Assembly (NCBI GenBank): GCA_963787105.1
Contig: CAWBBU010000010.1
Coordinates: 4,017-68,016 of the forward strand
DNA: 64,000 nt
DNA from: an uncultured Bacillota bacterium
GTDB taxonomy: Bacteria > Sysuimicrobiota > Sysuimicrobiia > Sysuimicrobiales > Segetimicrobiaceae
Direction of reading: 5' to 3'
The number at the start of each line of letters is the position of its first letter. Within the stretch, counting starts at the first letter, position 1. Of this stretch, positions 17,159-27,385 are shown one piece after another. Below the pieces are notes generated by a model, which did no database searches, was not told where the DNA came from, and saw nothing but the letters and a program-made list of their open reading frames with translations. Made by a program: the position numbers and the translations under genes.

Positions 17159-18073
17159 TCACGCCGCCCCCGCGGCGCGGCGCTCCTCCCGGCCGTCCGG
17201 TGCCACCTGCATCGCGCCCCACTGAATCATCGTGGTCCGGCCGACGATGCCGAGAGGTGCGACCACATCGATCTCGCCCACGGCCGGACGCACGGCGACA
17301 ATCGTTCCGAGCCCGAGGAGATCCCCCGCATCGTCTGTGAGCCCGACCAGCCGGTGCCGGATCGCCCGCGGCGGCAGGGCCTCGATGACGCGGTCGGGCG
17401 CGACACGGCGCCCGGCGTGGATGACAGATCGCTCCGCGCGCACCGCCCCGAGCGTTATGGTCGCAGCACGGGCGTTTCGGAAGTAGCGCGCGAACTGCTG
17501 CTCACGAAACGCGCGGCGCTCGCGGGGCGATCGCTTCCGGACGTCTGGGGATGGACGGAGGCGGTGGATCGCGGTGACCGTCGGCACCTGATTCAGAATC
17601 GGTTCGAGCTCCTCGCCCCGCTGAATCGCGATGAGATGCCGCGGTGCGAGCCGGCGAATCTTGCTCAGCTTCGCGGCGACCGCGGCCCGGCCTTCGATCC
17701 AGCCCGTCGTGTCCACAATCACGACCGCCGCCCCGAGCTCCTGGGCGCGGCCGACAAGACGCGCGGTGCCCTCAAGCAGCGCTGGGAAAACGGTCATCGG
17801 GGACGTGTCTCCGGCAAAATACGCCGCGGTCAGCGGAATCTGCAGCATCTGCCGCGCCGGGCGGTCCACCATGCCGAGCCCGACCGTCGTCGGCGGGCCG
17901 ATGTCCGATTGTCCGATGTCGGCGTCGACGACCCCCGGCGGGCGGCCCGCCCGCACGGCGGCGATGGCCAACGCGGTCGCGGCCGTGGTCTTACCGACGT
18001 CAACCGCTCCGAGAAACATGACGATCCCGGGAGCGCTCAACACCGCCGCGACCGTCTCACGCCACTCCGCCAT
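17159..18073 (-). CDS. Clp1/Grc3-family P-loop protein (putative polynucleotide 5'-hydroxyl kinase)
   Basis: Walker A FLGAVDVGKTT, DADIGQSDIGPPTTVGL, Walker B AAVVIVDTTGW, and HLIAIQRGEELEPIL. This order matches the Clp1 P-loop domain (COG1341-like). Intact 304-aa ORF. Confidence 0.6.
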   Translation of the reverse strand: MAEWRETVAAVLSAPGIVMFLGAVDVGKTTAATALAIAAVRAGRPPGVVDADIGQSDIGPPTTVGLGMVDRPARQMLQIPLTAAYFAGDTSPMTVFPALLEGTARLVGRAQELGAAVVIVDTTGWIEGRAAVAAKLSKIRRLAPRHLIAIQRGEELEPILNQVPTVTAIHRLRPSPDVRKRSPRERRAFREQQFARYFRNARAATITLGAVRAERSVIHAGRRVAPDRVIEALPPRAIRHRLVGLTDDAGDLLGLGTIVAVRPAVGEIDVVAPLGIVGRTTMIQWGAMQVAPDGREERRAAGAA

Positions 18074-18130
18074 CTCGCCACCACTCCGGCGCCCGCGGCC
18101 GGACGCCCGATCCCCGGAGCCCGCCGGCGG

Positions 18131-18778
18131 CTATGCGTCGGCCGTCTTCGCCTTGGCCTCCAGCTTGGCCTTGATCCGCTTCAACCGGAACACGTCCTCG
18201 CGCGCGCGCTGCTCGAGCACGTCTCGGATGTACCGGATCTCGCCCCGGATGCGCGGGATGACGACCTGCTCGAGGGCGTTCACGCGGCGGGTCGTCTTCC
18301 TGATCTCCTCGCCGATCTTGCGCAGCGTCACTTCGGTGCTCGCCACCTCAAGCAGCGCGGCCACGATCTCCTCGAAGCGGTCGGCACTCTCGACCGTGCG
18401 CGCCGTCACCGCCACCGGATCCTGACCGCGGGCCAGCACGCTTCGCCGGACCTCGCTCGTGGTGATCGTGGGGATCCGTGTCCCCCACACGTTTCGCGTT
18501 TCGATCCCGACCTCGAGGCGCCGCGAGTCGGCGAGCGCCGCCGACTCGAGCACCTCGCGGCCTTCAACGGCCTTGGCCAGGCTGAGCAGCGTGTAGCCTT
18601 CGCCCGCGTTCAGCATCAGCCGCTCGCGCGCGGCGAGCGCCCGGCGCACGATGTTGAAAAAGTCCGCGACCAGCGCGTCGCGCTTCTTTTTGAGCAGGTC
18701 CACCCCCTGTTGCGCCAGCTTCACCTGATTCTGGCGCTGCAGGAGGTTCATCCGAGTCGGGCTTACGGTATCAGCCAT
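18131..18778 (-). CDS. ntpD: V-type ATP synthase subunit D
   Basis: MADTVSPTRMNLLQRQNQVKLAQQGVDLLKKKRDALV... and ...RRVNALEQVVIPRI are canonical subunit D. Confidence 0.9.
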   Translation of the reverse strand: MADTVSPTRMNLLQRQNQVKLAQQGVDLLKKKRDALVADFFNIVRRALAARERLMLNAGEGYTLLSLAKAVEGREVLESAALADSRRLEVGIETRNVWGTRIPTITTSEVRRSVLARGQDPVAVTARTVESADRFEEIVAALLEVASTEVTLRKIGEEIRKTTRRVNALEQVVIPRIRGEIRYIRDVLEQRAREDVFRLKRIKAKLEAKAKTADA

Positions 18779-18847
18779 CGCCTCATCCGCTCCACGCGTC
18801 GTATGCCTTGCCCAGCCGCTTCGTGAGCCGCCGCAGGGCGGCCGACC

Positions 18848-20806
18848 CTAGCTCTCGAGGACGTTCACCTTCGCCGGGTTCAACTTATCCATCTCGGCCC
18901 CGAAGTAGTACTTGTCCACGTGGTCCTTGCTGATCCGCGTCAGCGCCGTCTTCGGGAACATCGAGAGCAGCTTCCAGCCGAGCGTCAGCGAATCATCGAT
19001 CGACCGGTCCGCCCCGCCCTGGTTGATGAACTCCTGCTCGAACGCGTCCGCGAAGCGGAGGTACATGCGGTCGTTCTCCGTGAGGGCCTCCTCGCCGATG
19101 ATTGCCACCAGCCGTCGAAGATCCAGGCCCTGCGCGTACGCCGCGTACATCTGGTCGGCAACTTGCCGGTGGTCCGCGCGCGTGCGCCCCTTGCCGATAC
19201 CGTTGTTCATCAGCCGCGACAGGCTCGGCAGCGGGTTGATCGGCGGGAAAATGCCCTGCCGGTGCAACGGGCGGCTCAGCACGAGCTGGCCCTCGGTAAT
19301 GTAGCCGGTCAGGTCGGCGATCGGGTGCGTGATGTCGTCGTCCGGCATCGTCAAAATCGGCACCTGCGTGATCGTGCCCTTCTTGCCCTTCAACCGGCCC
19401 GCGCGCTCGTACAGGCTGGCCAAGTCGGTGTACATGTAGCCCGGATAACCGCGCCGGCCAGGGATTTCTTCGCGCGCGGCACCGATTTCACGAAGCGCTT
19501 CACAGTTCGACACGACAAGGCCATTTTCGATCAGAAAGTTGTGCGTGCCTTCGACCGTAAAATCGTAGACGTATCCGTCGTAGTGAATCGGCTCAATGCT
19601 CGTGATCGCATCCAGCACGTACTCCTCCGGACGGCGCCGTTCCAGAACCGCAACGGCCGTTGACGACCCGCCGGCGTGCCGGCTCGCCCCGACCACCGCC
19701 GAGGCCAGACCCGGCCCGGCGGCGTAGATACCGTTTCCGACGGCCAATTCGCCGGCCGGCGTCATGACCGGCCCGTCGGGGGTATCGATCAAGATCTTGT
19801 GGTCAGGCGTGGCCGAAAACTCCGACCCCGAGGCGGTCCGAATGCGCAGCATGCGACCGCGGTACCGGAGCTTCTGGACGTCAGTGATCGCGGCGGGCAC
19901 CGCCGCGCGGCCGTTCCACGACAGCACAGGTGGCAGCGACCCGAGATCGCACTCCCTCGCAACCACGCGGTCGACCAGCCCGCCGATGGCCGCGACCGTC
20001 CCGTCCGCGAGCAACACCTCGGTCTCCGGCGCGAGACAATAGTTCGTCATATCGGTCAGGATCACGAGCACCTGCATATCGAGCTCGTACGCCAGATACT
20101 CGGCGGTGGTCAGCGCCGCGCGCGGCGTCATCAACCGCTCGATCGTCGGGTCGTCCGCGAGGTTCATGAACACGACGCTGCGCGCGAGCGCCCCGGTGCT
20201 CTCGAACTCGTGGATGAAGAACGACGCCTCGCGCTGCGTGATCCCCATCGCGCCGAACACGACCGAAAACTGCTCCGCCTCGCCGAGCACCTTTGCCTGG
20301 CGGGTGATCTGCGCCGCGATCTCGTTCGCCGGCAGGCCGGCGCCCGAGAAGATCGGCAGCTTCTGTCCCCGCACGAGCGTGTTCATCACGTCGATCGTCG
20401 AGATGCCGGTCTGAATAAACTCCGCGGGCTTGTCCCGGGAGACCGGATTCATCGGAGCGCCCAGGACCGGCAGGCGCTTCTCGGGGATGATCGGCGGCAG
20501 CCCATCGATCGGATCGCCGAGTCCGTTGAAGCGGCGGCCGATCATCTCACGGCTGACCGCGATCCGGGCGACGTTCTCGCGCAGGCTGATCGAGGTCTTC
20601 GCGAGATCCATCCCGCGGGTCTCCTCGAACACCTGGATCACCGCGTTTTTGTCCGAGACTTCGATCACCTGGCCGCCGCGCACGCTGCCGTCCTGCACGT
20701 GGATCTCGACGATCGCGCCGTACGACAGGTCGCGCGCGCCCTCGACAAAGAGGAGCGGACCGGAGATGTAACTCACACTGGTGTAGCTCTTCGTCGCGAG
20801 GTTCAT
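18848..20806 (-). CDS. ntpB: V-type ATP synthase subunit B, containing an in-frame mini-intein
   Basis: 652 aa. The exteins total 474 aa ([18 protein letters not shown]..., [14 protein letters not shown], ...[11 protein letters not shown] | [28 protein letters not shown]...), interrupted by 178 aa. Confidence 0.9.
   Translation of the reverse strand: MNLATKSYTSVSYISGPLLFVEGARDLSYGAIVEIHVQDGSVRGGQVIEVSDKNAVIQVFEETRGMDLAKTSISLRENVARIAVSREMIGRRFNGLGDPIDGLPPIIPEKRLPVLGAPMNPVSRDKPAEFIQTGISTIDVMNTLVRGQKLPIFSGAGLPANEIAAQITRQAKVLGEAEQFSVVFGAMGITQREASFFIHEFESTGALARSVVFMNLADDPTIERLMTPRAALTTAEYLAYELDMQVLVILTDMTNYCLAPETEVLLADGTVAAIGGLVDRVVARECDLGSLPPVLSWNGRAAVPAAITDVQKLRYRGRMLRIRTASGSEFSATPDHKILIDTPDGPVMTPAGELAVGNGIYAAGPGLASAVVGASRHAGGSSTAVAVLERRRPEEYVLDAITSIEPIHYDGYVYDFTVEGTHNFLIENGLVVSNCEALREIGAAREEIPGRRGYPGYMYTDLASLYERAGRLKGKKGTITQVPILTMPDDDITHPIADLTGYITEGQLVLSRPLHRQGIFPPINPLPSLSRLMNNGIGKGRTRADHRQVADQMYAAYAQGLDLRRLVAIIGEEALTENDRMYLRFADAFEQEFINQGGADRSIDDSLTLGWKLLSMFPKTALTRISKDHVDKYYFGAEMDKLNPAKVNVLES
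19505..20038 (-). other. class-1 mini-intein (178 aa, no homing-endonuclease domain) inside ntpB
   Basis: Starts [13 protein letters not shown] (block A, Cys1). Has SATPDH (block B TxxH) and [23 protein letters not shown] (blocks F/G, terminal Asn) followed by a +1 Cys. Removing it restores the conserved DMTNY-(C)EALREI junction. Confidence 0.85.
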
Positions 20807-22602
20807 CGGGCCGCCTCCTTGGCCTGTCCGTTGCCGGCGACCGGCACCGCCGTCTTGCCGCTGCCCTTGAACGCGTCCGGCAGCGTCTTCAAAAACTCGT
20901 CGATGTGCGCCCGGAACTTATCGTTCGGCACCTCTTTGAACCGGGCGATGACCTCATTCTGCGGCAGGTTGATGACTTCGTCGATCGTGACGTCACCGCG
21001 CTTGAGCGCGGCGCCCGCCTGCTCGTAAAACGCCCGCATTCCCCGGATCATCCAGTACGCCTTGTCGAGCGAGCAAAACGCGTCGACCTCGCTGAACGCG
21101 CTCTGCTGGAGGAAGAACTCGCGGATCATGCGCCCGAGCTCGATCACGAGGCGATCCTCGTCCTGCAGCGCGTCGGGACCCACCAGCTGCACGACCTCCT
21201 GCAGCCCCGCCTCGCGCGCGAGCATCGAGCTGAGCCAGGCGCGCTGCTCGGTAAAGTCCTTGGCGACGTGCTCGCCGTACCACGCGTTCAGCAGCGTCTC
21301 GTACAGGCTGTACGACCGGTTCCAGTTGATCGACGGGAAGTGGCGGCGATAGGCGAGCTGGGCGTCGAGCGACCAGAACGCGCCGACGATCCGCAGCGTG
21401 CTCTGGGTGACCGGCTCGGACAGGTCGCCGCCGGGCGGCGAGACCGCGCCGACGACCGTGACGGCGCCCACGCGCTCGTCCTTACCGAGCACGACCGCCC
21501 GGCCCGCCCGCTCGTAAAACGCCGACAGGCGGCTCGCGAGGTACGGCGGGTAGCCTTCCTCCGCGGGCATCTCCTCGAGGCGGGACGAGATTTCGCGCAA
21601 CGCCTCCGCCCACCGGCTGGTCGAGTCGGCCATGAGCGCGACCCGGTAGCCCATGTCGCGGAAGTACTCAGCCATCGTCACGCCCGTGTAGATGCTGGCC
21701 TCGCGCGCGGCGACCGGCATGTTGGAGGTGTTCGCGACCAGGATCGTCCGCTCCATCAGCGGCCGGCCGTTGCGCGGGTCCTCCAGCTCGGGAAACTCGA
21801 TCAGCACGTCGGTCATCTCGTTGCCGCGCTCGCCGCAGCCGACGTACACGATGATGTCGGCGTTGGACCACTTGGACAGCGTCTGCTGCACGACGGTCTT
21901 CCCGCTGCCGAACGGGCCGGGGACGGCAGCCGTCCCGCCCATCGCCACCGGAAACAGGACGTCGAGCACGCGCTGCCCCGTGACGAACAGCTCGGTCGGC
22001 TCGAGCTTGCGCGCGGCGGGGCGCGGGACGCGCACCGGCCACGTCGTCATCAGCCGTATCTCGCGGCCGCTCTTGAGCTTGGCGACCACCTCGGTGACGG
22101 TGAACTCCCCGCCGCGGATCTCCTGGACCTCGTCCGCGTCCGCGTCCGGCGGCACCATGATGCGGTGGGCGTACGAATACTCCTGGACCTCGCCGATGAT
22201 GTCACCCGGGCCCACGCGGTCGCCCGCCTTGACCTTCGGGACGAACGTCCACTTCCGCTCGCGGTCGAGCGAGTTCACGATGGCGCCGCGCGAGATGAAG
22301 TCCCCCTGCAGCTCGCGGATCTTGTCGAGCGGGCGCTGGATGCCGTCGTAGACGCCGCTCAGCATCCCTGGGCCGAGCTCGAGCTGCAGCGGCGCGTCGG
22401 TCGACTCCACGGGCTCGTCGACGAACAGCCCGGACGTGTCCTCGTAGACCTGCACGAACGCGGTGTCCCCGTCGAGCCGGATGATCTCGCCGATCAGCTT
22501 TTCCTTGCCGACCCGGACGATGTCGTACATCCGGGCGCCGGCGAGGCCCTTCGCGATCACCGCCGGGCCCGAGATGCGGGTAATCTGACCTACGACCGCC
22601 AT
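20803..22602 (-). CDS. ntpA: V-type ATP synthase catalytic subunit A
   Basis: 599 aa with P-loop [21 protein letters not shown] and [19 protein letters not shown]. Overlaps the ntpB start by 4 nt. Confidence 0.95.
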   Translation of the reverse strand: MAVVGQITRISGPAVIAKGLAGARMYDIVRVGKEKLIGEIIRLDGDTAFVQVYEDTSGLFVDEPVESTDAPLQLELGPGMLSGVYDGIQRPLDKIRELQGDFISRGAIVNSLDRERKWTFVPKVKAGDRVGPGDIIGEVQEYSYAHRIMVPPDADADEVQEIRGGEFTVTEVVAKLKSGREIRLMTTWPVRVPRPAARKLEPTELFVTGQRVLDVLFPVAMGGTAAVPGPFGSGKTVVQQTLSKWSNADIIVYVGCGERGNEMTDVLIEFPELEDPRNGRPLMERTILVANTSNMPVAAREASIYTGVTMAEYFRDMGYRVALMADSTSRWAEALREISSRLEEMPAEEGYPPYLASRLSAFYERAGRAVVLGKDERVGAVTVVGAVSPPGGDLSEPVTQSTLRIVGAFWSLDAQLAYRRHFPSINWNRSYSLYETLLNAWYGEHVAKDFTEQRAWLSSMLAREAGLQEVVQLVGPDALQDEDRLVIELGRMIREFFLQQSAFSEVDAFCSLDKAYWMIRGMRAFYEQAGAALKRGDVTIDEVINLPQNEVIARFKEVPNDKFRAHIDEFLKTLPDAFKGSGKTAVPVAGNGQAKEAAR

Positions 22603-22636
22603 GGTTCCGTCCTCCTCACGCGCTCCGGTGTGGTTC

Positions 22637-22954
22637 CTACTTCATCTTCACGGCGAACCCAATGCACTCTTTCACGAGCCGCGCGATGTACGCCTCGCCG
22701 CTCTCCTGCGTCGCCCGCGCGGGCGGCAGCGGGACGATGATCGGCAGGTCGCGGCCCCGCATGAGGCGCGCCCGCGCGTCCTCCGTCCCCTTGAGCAGAT
22801 CCTCGTTGACGGCGACGACCCCGTAGCCCGCCGCGACGTACTCCCGCAGCTGCTCGAGCGCCTGGGCCGGCGTCTCCGCCTCGCGCACCTCGACACCCGC
22901 GAGCCGAAACCCGGTCGCCGTCTCGCCGTCCGTGATCACCGCGAACTTAGACAC
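22637..22954 (-). CDS. ntpF: V-type ATP synthase subunit F
   Basis: 105 aa. [23 protein letters not shown]...VAVNEDLL is the typical subunit F pattern, in the correct position between C and A. Confidence 0.85.
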   Translation of the reverse strand: MSKFAVITDGETATGFRLAGVEVREAETPAQALEQLREYVAAGYGVVAVNEDLLKGTEDARARLMRGRDLPIIVPLPPARATQESGEAYIARLVKECIGFAVKMK

Positions 22955-23967
22955 CGACGATCTCCCGGCGCGCCACGTCCTCGGGGATCCCGAGCTGGCG
23001 CGCGTGCGCGATGACGCGCAGGTTGCTGACCTCCGCGGCCTTGCGCGCGAGATAGCCGATCACGACGCCCACGCCGAGCGGATCCGACATGTACATCCGC
23101 GCGGCCATCCGCTGAAACGCCTGCTCGATCGCGCGCTCAATGTCGGACAGCGACTCCGTGCCGGACAGTTCGGCCCCGAACAACCGCATCGAGGCGATCT
23201 CGGACAGGCTCGACTGCGGGTCCGCGAGGGCGAGGAAGCGTTCGAGCGGCAGCGTCCCGCCGGGCACGAAAAAGCGCTCGCGCTCTTCGCGGGGCAGGTC
23301 CTTGATCCGCCGCAGCTTCAGCGCCGTCATCGCGTTCGTCATGGTCACCTCCGCCTGCAGATACCGGCGGAGGTCCCCGTCGCCTTCGGTGTCCGCGATC
23401 CGCCTGCCGTACCGCACGTAGGCGCGGTCGAGCGCCGACTCGACGTCGATCAGGCTGCCGCCGCGCTGCAGCGCGTCCGCGCCCTCGCGCATCGCGCGGG
23501 CGAGCGGGTGCATCCAGGTCGTGAGCGTGTCCGCGATCGCCCGGACGTCAGGCAGCTGCACCAGCTCCCGCAGCTTCACCTCGGTCAAGAGGCCGCCGGG
23601 AAACACCGTGCCGAGGATCTCGTCCTGACTGCGGCCGGTGAGCTTGCCGCGGACGATCGCGCGGAGACTCTGCAGGTCGTAGCGCAGCAGGACGACCTCG
23701 ATCAGATCGCGCGCCTCGCCGTCGGCGAAGCTCAGGATCCGCTGCGTCGTGTGGGAGAAGTTCTGCGACAGCCCCTCGTCCACGGCGCGCACGCCCGTGA
23801 AGCGGCTGAGCGCTTCCGCGAGCTCCACGTTGTACGGGGTATCGGCGAGGGCTTGGATCACCGCGTCGAGATCGGGGGCGCGGAACAGCTCATCGAGACG
23901 GGCCGCGGGCGAGCAGGCGCGACTTCATCACCTTGACGCGGGCGTTGATGTACGCGAAGTCACCCAT
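22947..23967 (-). pseudogene. ntpC: V-type ATP synthase subunit C (d-like), 1-nt frameshift near 23900
   Basis: ATG 23965-23967 gives MGDFAYINARVKVMKSRLLA and then hits a stop. The neighbouring frame continues LDELFRAPDLDAVIQALADTPY... (ORF 22947..23861). Total length is 3n+1. Confidence 0.8.
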
Positions 23968-23994
23968 CGGTCGAACGCTCGCCGCTGCGGAGGC

Positions 23995-24577
23995 TCATGC
24001 GCCCCACAGCACCTCGGCGACCCGGGACACGAACTCCCGCCGCGCGCGCGCGAGCCGGCCTTCCAGCGCATTCTCGACCACCGACCGGCCGTCGGCGCTG
24101 ACGAGCCGCACGCCGTCGGAGAGGCCCGGGTTCTCGCGCACCTCGACGTCGAGCCCGAGCGTCTTCGCGGCGTCGCGCGCCGCCGTCCGCGTCTCCGGGC
24201 GACACCTCCAGCGCGTGACCGGGCGTCAGGTCCCGTGCCGCCTCGCCGAGGAACGTCGCGATCATCGCCCGGCGCCGCACAGGATCCGCGGCCGCCGCGC
24301 GCAGGTCGGCTTCCGCCCGCTCGAACACGGTCCGGATCGCCTCATCCTTCGCGGCGAGCACGAGCGCCGCCGCGCGCAGGCTCGCGGTGCTGGTCGCCCG
24401 CGCGATCTCCTGCGTCCGTTCCGTGGCGAGGCGCCGCCGCGCCGCCTCGAGGAATCCGTCGGCGTCCCGGCGGGCGGCGGCGAGGATCTCCTCCGCGCGC
24501 ACGCGCGCATCGGCGAGGACCTTGTCCTTCTCGCCCTTCGCCTCAGTTTCCAGCAGACGGCTCAGCTCGGTTGCCAT
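23995..24577 (-). pseudogene. ntpE: V-type ATP synthase subunit E, 1-nt frameshift near 24195
   Basis: MATELSRLLETEAKGEKDKVLADARVRAEEIL... runs to LEVSP. The adjacent frame then gives ETRTAARDAAKTLGLDVEVRENPGLSDGVRLVSADGRSVVENALEGRLARARREFVSRVAEVLWGA* (TGA 23995-23997). Length is 3n+1. Confidence 0.8.
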
Positions 24578-24599
24578 GGCGACGCGACCTCCCGGCGCG

Positions 24600-24924
24600 C
24601 TAGATCTTGCCGTAGAGGAAGAACGCGAGCGCCGAGCCCCAAGATGACGAGCGTCTCGGGGAGCGCGAACAGCACGAGCATCAGGCCGAACATCTCCGGC
24701 CGCTCCGCGATGACGCCCGCGGCGGCGCCCAAGAGGCGCGACTGCGCGATCCCGGTGCCCACGGCGCCGAGGCCGATCGCGAGGCCCACGCCGATGCCCA
24801 TCGCGCCCGCGCCGGGGCTGAGTTCGGGCTTCGCGCCCGGCTGCTGTGCCGACGCGGCCAGCGCAAACCCGATCACGCAGAGAGCCGCGACGCTCAATCC
24901 TAGCAGGAGCTTCCGGTGCTTCAC
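24600..24924 (-). pseudogene. ntpK: V-type ATP synthase proteolipid subunit K, 1-nt insertion in a C4 run near 24637-24640
   Basis: GTG 24922-24924 lies 6 nt after GGAGGTGG. ...GAGAMGIGVGLAIGLGAVGTGIAQSRLLGAAAGVIAERPEMFG... After the indel the natural end GSALAFFLYGKI* is read (TAG 24600-24602). Confidence 0.8.
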
Positions 24925-26881
24925 GAGACCCCACCTCCGGTGCGTTGAAATGGACGATAGCGATGTCCGGTGTCGTCGTAGTACCTGAACGCCGAGAAGA
25001 ACTCCACCCAGTAGAGACGGGCCGGTTGGAGAACGTGCCCGATGATCGTGATCGCCGAAGAAGATGAGGTGGCAGAGCAGCCCGACGAGCAGGCCCAAGA
25101 TCAAGATGCTGAACCCGCCCCCGACGGTATCGGCGACGATCGCGAGCGCCACCGCCGCCATGCCGACCCCGAAGATTCGCGCGTACGAGACGAACGCGCC
25201 GAACGTGGAGATCGCCTCCATGACCCACATCAGGCTGCTGAGCGACCACGACACGACCACCGCCAGCACGAACAGCACCACGGCGCCCAGGATCAACGGA
25301 CTGAAGAACGCCGTCGGCAGCACCTGCGCCTGGGTCGCCACCCAGAGGAACATCGCCGTGCCGCCGCTGAGGAGCGCGATCGCCTCCAAGAGCCCCGCCG
25401 GTCGTGGTGCCGGACCGCCTTCATCATGTGCATGATCTGGCCGAGATACACCTGCGCCAGCCCGAACCCGACGGACAGGTACAGATACGTCGTCAGGCCC
25501 GTGACCCGGTCGAAGATCGGGTGAAAGCCCGGAATCACCTGCTCGGGAATCTGGCCGAAGAACTCTCCGAAGATCACGCCGAAGATCATGATCCACACGG
25601 TCATCCAGATCAGCAGCGTCGTGACCTGGCGCAGCACCGCCGGGGGCAAGGTAAACCCCAGGTCCAGCCCCGCGATCACGGCCCGCCACGGCTTGCCCGC
25701 CCGCGCCTTCCCGGCGAAGAAGAGCGTCATCGCCACCCAGATCAGGCCGTACCCGACGTCGCCGACGATCAGGCCGACCCACAACGGCAGGGCGACCGCG
25801 AACCAGATCGTCGGATCGAACTCGCCGTACCGCGGCGGATCGAAGATCCCCATGAACAGCTGGAACGGACGCAGCCACGCAGGGTTGTCGAGCAACACCG
25901 GGACCTTCTCGGCGTGCTGCACCGGCGCCGGCTCGTCGTACACGACGATGTCCTTCGAGAACCGCTTCGCCATCTCGGCGCGGACCGCCGCGACCTCGCG
26001 CGTCGGCACCCATCCGTACAGGAGAAACGCGTGCGCCGACTGCGGCGTCTGCAGCATCAGCTCGAAGCGGTGCACCGCGTCGCGTGCGACGGTCGCGATC
26101 GCGACCACCTCCGCGCGGGACTGCTGGGACAGGCGCATCAGGCGCCCGCGGATCTCCTCGAGCTCGCCGGGCAGCCGCCGGCCGCGCTCCTCGAGGAACG
26201 GCACGGCCTCGCGCAGCGGCATCCCCTGGACGCTCGCGGGCAGCCGGAGCTCGCTCGCGCCCGCGCGGGTCAGCGTCGCGCGCACCGCGTCGGCGTCCTC
26301 CGGGGCAAACGCCACGACTACTCCGATCCGCCGGTCGTCCACCGGGCGCATCACCACGACCGCCCGGTTCTGCGTGGTCCTGGCGAGCTCGCTCCGCACG
26401 GCCTCCGCGGCGCCCGGCTTCGCGTCGAGCAGGAACCCAGCGGACTCGACCCGCGTGCTGCCTTCGAGCAGCGCGAGCAGCGGGCCCACCACCCGAATCG
26501 TCGATCCGTACGCGCGGAGCAGCTCGAGCTCTTCCTCGGCGTCCAGCAGCTGACGGGTCAGGTCTTTCGCCTGCGCGTCCACCGGCGCCACGCGCTCCCG
26601 CAGGGCCTCGGGGGATCTGCGTCGAGGTACGACCCCGTTTCCACGGGGGGAATCTCGATCACGGGCAGCAGCGCGAGCACGCCCTCCGCGAGCGCACGCA
26701 CGCCGTCCCACGCCGCGCGCGTGCCCTGATCGGCCTCAGACAGGGGACGCGGGGCGAACGTCTCGTCGGCGGGGCGGACATGGTCCACGTGGAGCGCGCC
26801 CAGGTCCTGCACCGATTCGACCACCTGCCGCTGCAGGCGCCGGGGACCGACGACGGTGACCCGGCTCATCGAAACGATCAC
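24921..26881 (-). pseudogene. ntpI: V-type ATP synthase subunit I (a-like), three frameshifts (near 26612, 25400, 25055)
   Basis: N-terminus MIVSMSRVTVVGPRRLQRQVVESVQDLGALHVDHV (26558..26881). Middle part in ORF 25293..26711. Membrane part LLEAIALLSGGTAMFLWV...SYARIFGVGMAAVALA in the 24562..26013 frame. The last segment AITIIGHVLQPARLYWVEFFSAFRYYDDTGHRYRPF... ends in a TGA overlapping the ntpK GTG. Confidence 0.8.
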
Positions 26882-27229
26882 GCACGACCCCCAAGAACCT
26901 CACGCACAACCAGCTCGACCGCCTGCGGGATGTGATTCGCCGCGTGCGCGCGGATCGTCGCCGCCTCGGCTCTCGGCGCGCACCAGCACGTCCGCGGTGG
27001 TCGCCTTCGTCTCCGTCTCGACGGTGGACGCGGCGGCGGCCTCCTCGCGCGCGACCTGTTCGCGCGCGGCCGCGCGAATGCCGTCCGCCTCGCGCTGCGC
27101 CTGGTCCACGATCTGGACGGCCTCGGCGTGAGCGCGGGCAAGGTCTTCCTGAAGCGTACGTTCTGTTGCGGCTATCTCGTGGAGAATGCGATCGTCAGAG
27201 GACAGGTTGGAGGTGTCGGATTGCGCCAT
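26878..27229 (-). pseudogene. ntpG: V-type ATP synthase subunit G (peripheral-stalk coiled coil), 1-nt frameshift near 26972
   Basis: ATG 27227-27229 follows GGGAG. MAQSDTSNLSSDDRILHEIAATERTLQEDLARAHAEAVQIVDQAQREADGIRAAAREQ... is coiled-coil. The C-terminus AEAATIRAHAANHIPQAVELVVREVLGGRA* is in the adjacent frame. First gene of the operon, as in Thermus atpG. Confidence 0.7.
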
Positions 27230-27245
27230 GAACACTCCCATAGAC

Positions 27246-27305
27246 AAAAAAATAACGTCCGTGAACCGAGCGTCATCTCGGACACGCGGCCCGTAGACCA
27301 CGGAC
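27246..27305 (-). promoter_or_regulatory. terminator-like hairpin plus U7 tract inside the V-ATPase operon leader (possible attenuator)
   Basis: RNA: GGUCCGUGGUCUACGGGCCGCGUGUCCGAGAUGACGCUCGGUUCACGGACGUUAUUUUUUUG. A 7-bp outer stem GUCCGUG/CACGGAC, an inner stem CCGAG/CUCGG, and an alternative GUCCG partner. The U7 run ends about 16 nt before the start codon. Confidence 0.4.
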
Positions 27306-27320
27306 CGTTCGCGTGAATCG

Positions 27321-27349
27321 ATCGTAACAAACACGTGAAGGGGTGTCAA
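27321..27349 (-). promoter_or_regulatory. sigma70-type promoter of the V-ATPase operon
   Basis: On the minus strand: TTGACA (27344-27349), 17-nt spacer, TACGAT (27321-27326), about 90 nt upstream of the ntpG ATG. Confidence 0.55.
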
Positions 27350-27385
27350 GACAGAACGCACGAAAGCCCCGTAAAGATAACGGGT

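Noticed and set aside
16044-17222. 392-aa ORF that looks like a DUF881-Sbp fusion.
   Set aside because: A 1-nt indel near 16485 shifts DUF881 into the sbp frame. The normal DUF881 C-terminus, TAA stop, GGAGGG RBS and sbp ATG are all visible.
15399-17225. 608-aa plus-strand ORF. Similar long plus-strand ORFs occur at 20905..22740, 54583..56634, 58903..61269, 27335..28879, 34394..35935 and 19676..21028.
   Set aside because: All are antisense to strongly supported minus-strand genes (gap/sbp/DUF881, ntpA, his genes, nuoN, yvcK, ntpB). They translate to low-complexity Arg/Pro/Gly-rich sequence.
24600-26881. Possibility that the frameshifts in the V-ATPase genes are programmed ribosomal frameshifts.
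   Set aside because: There is no shared slippery heptamer or downstream structure. Both +1 and -1 changes occur. Where localised, several shifts fall in short homopolymer runs, and the same kind of interruption hits unrelated genes across the window.
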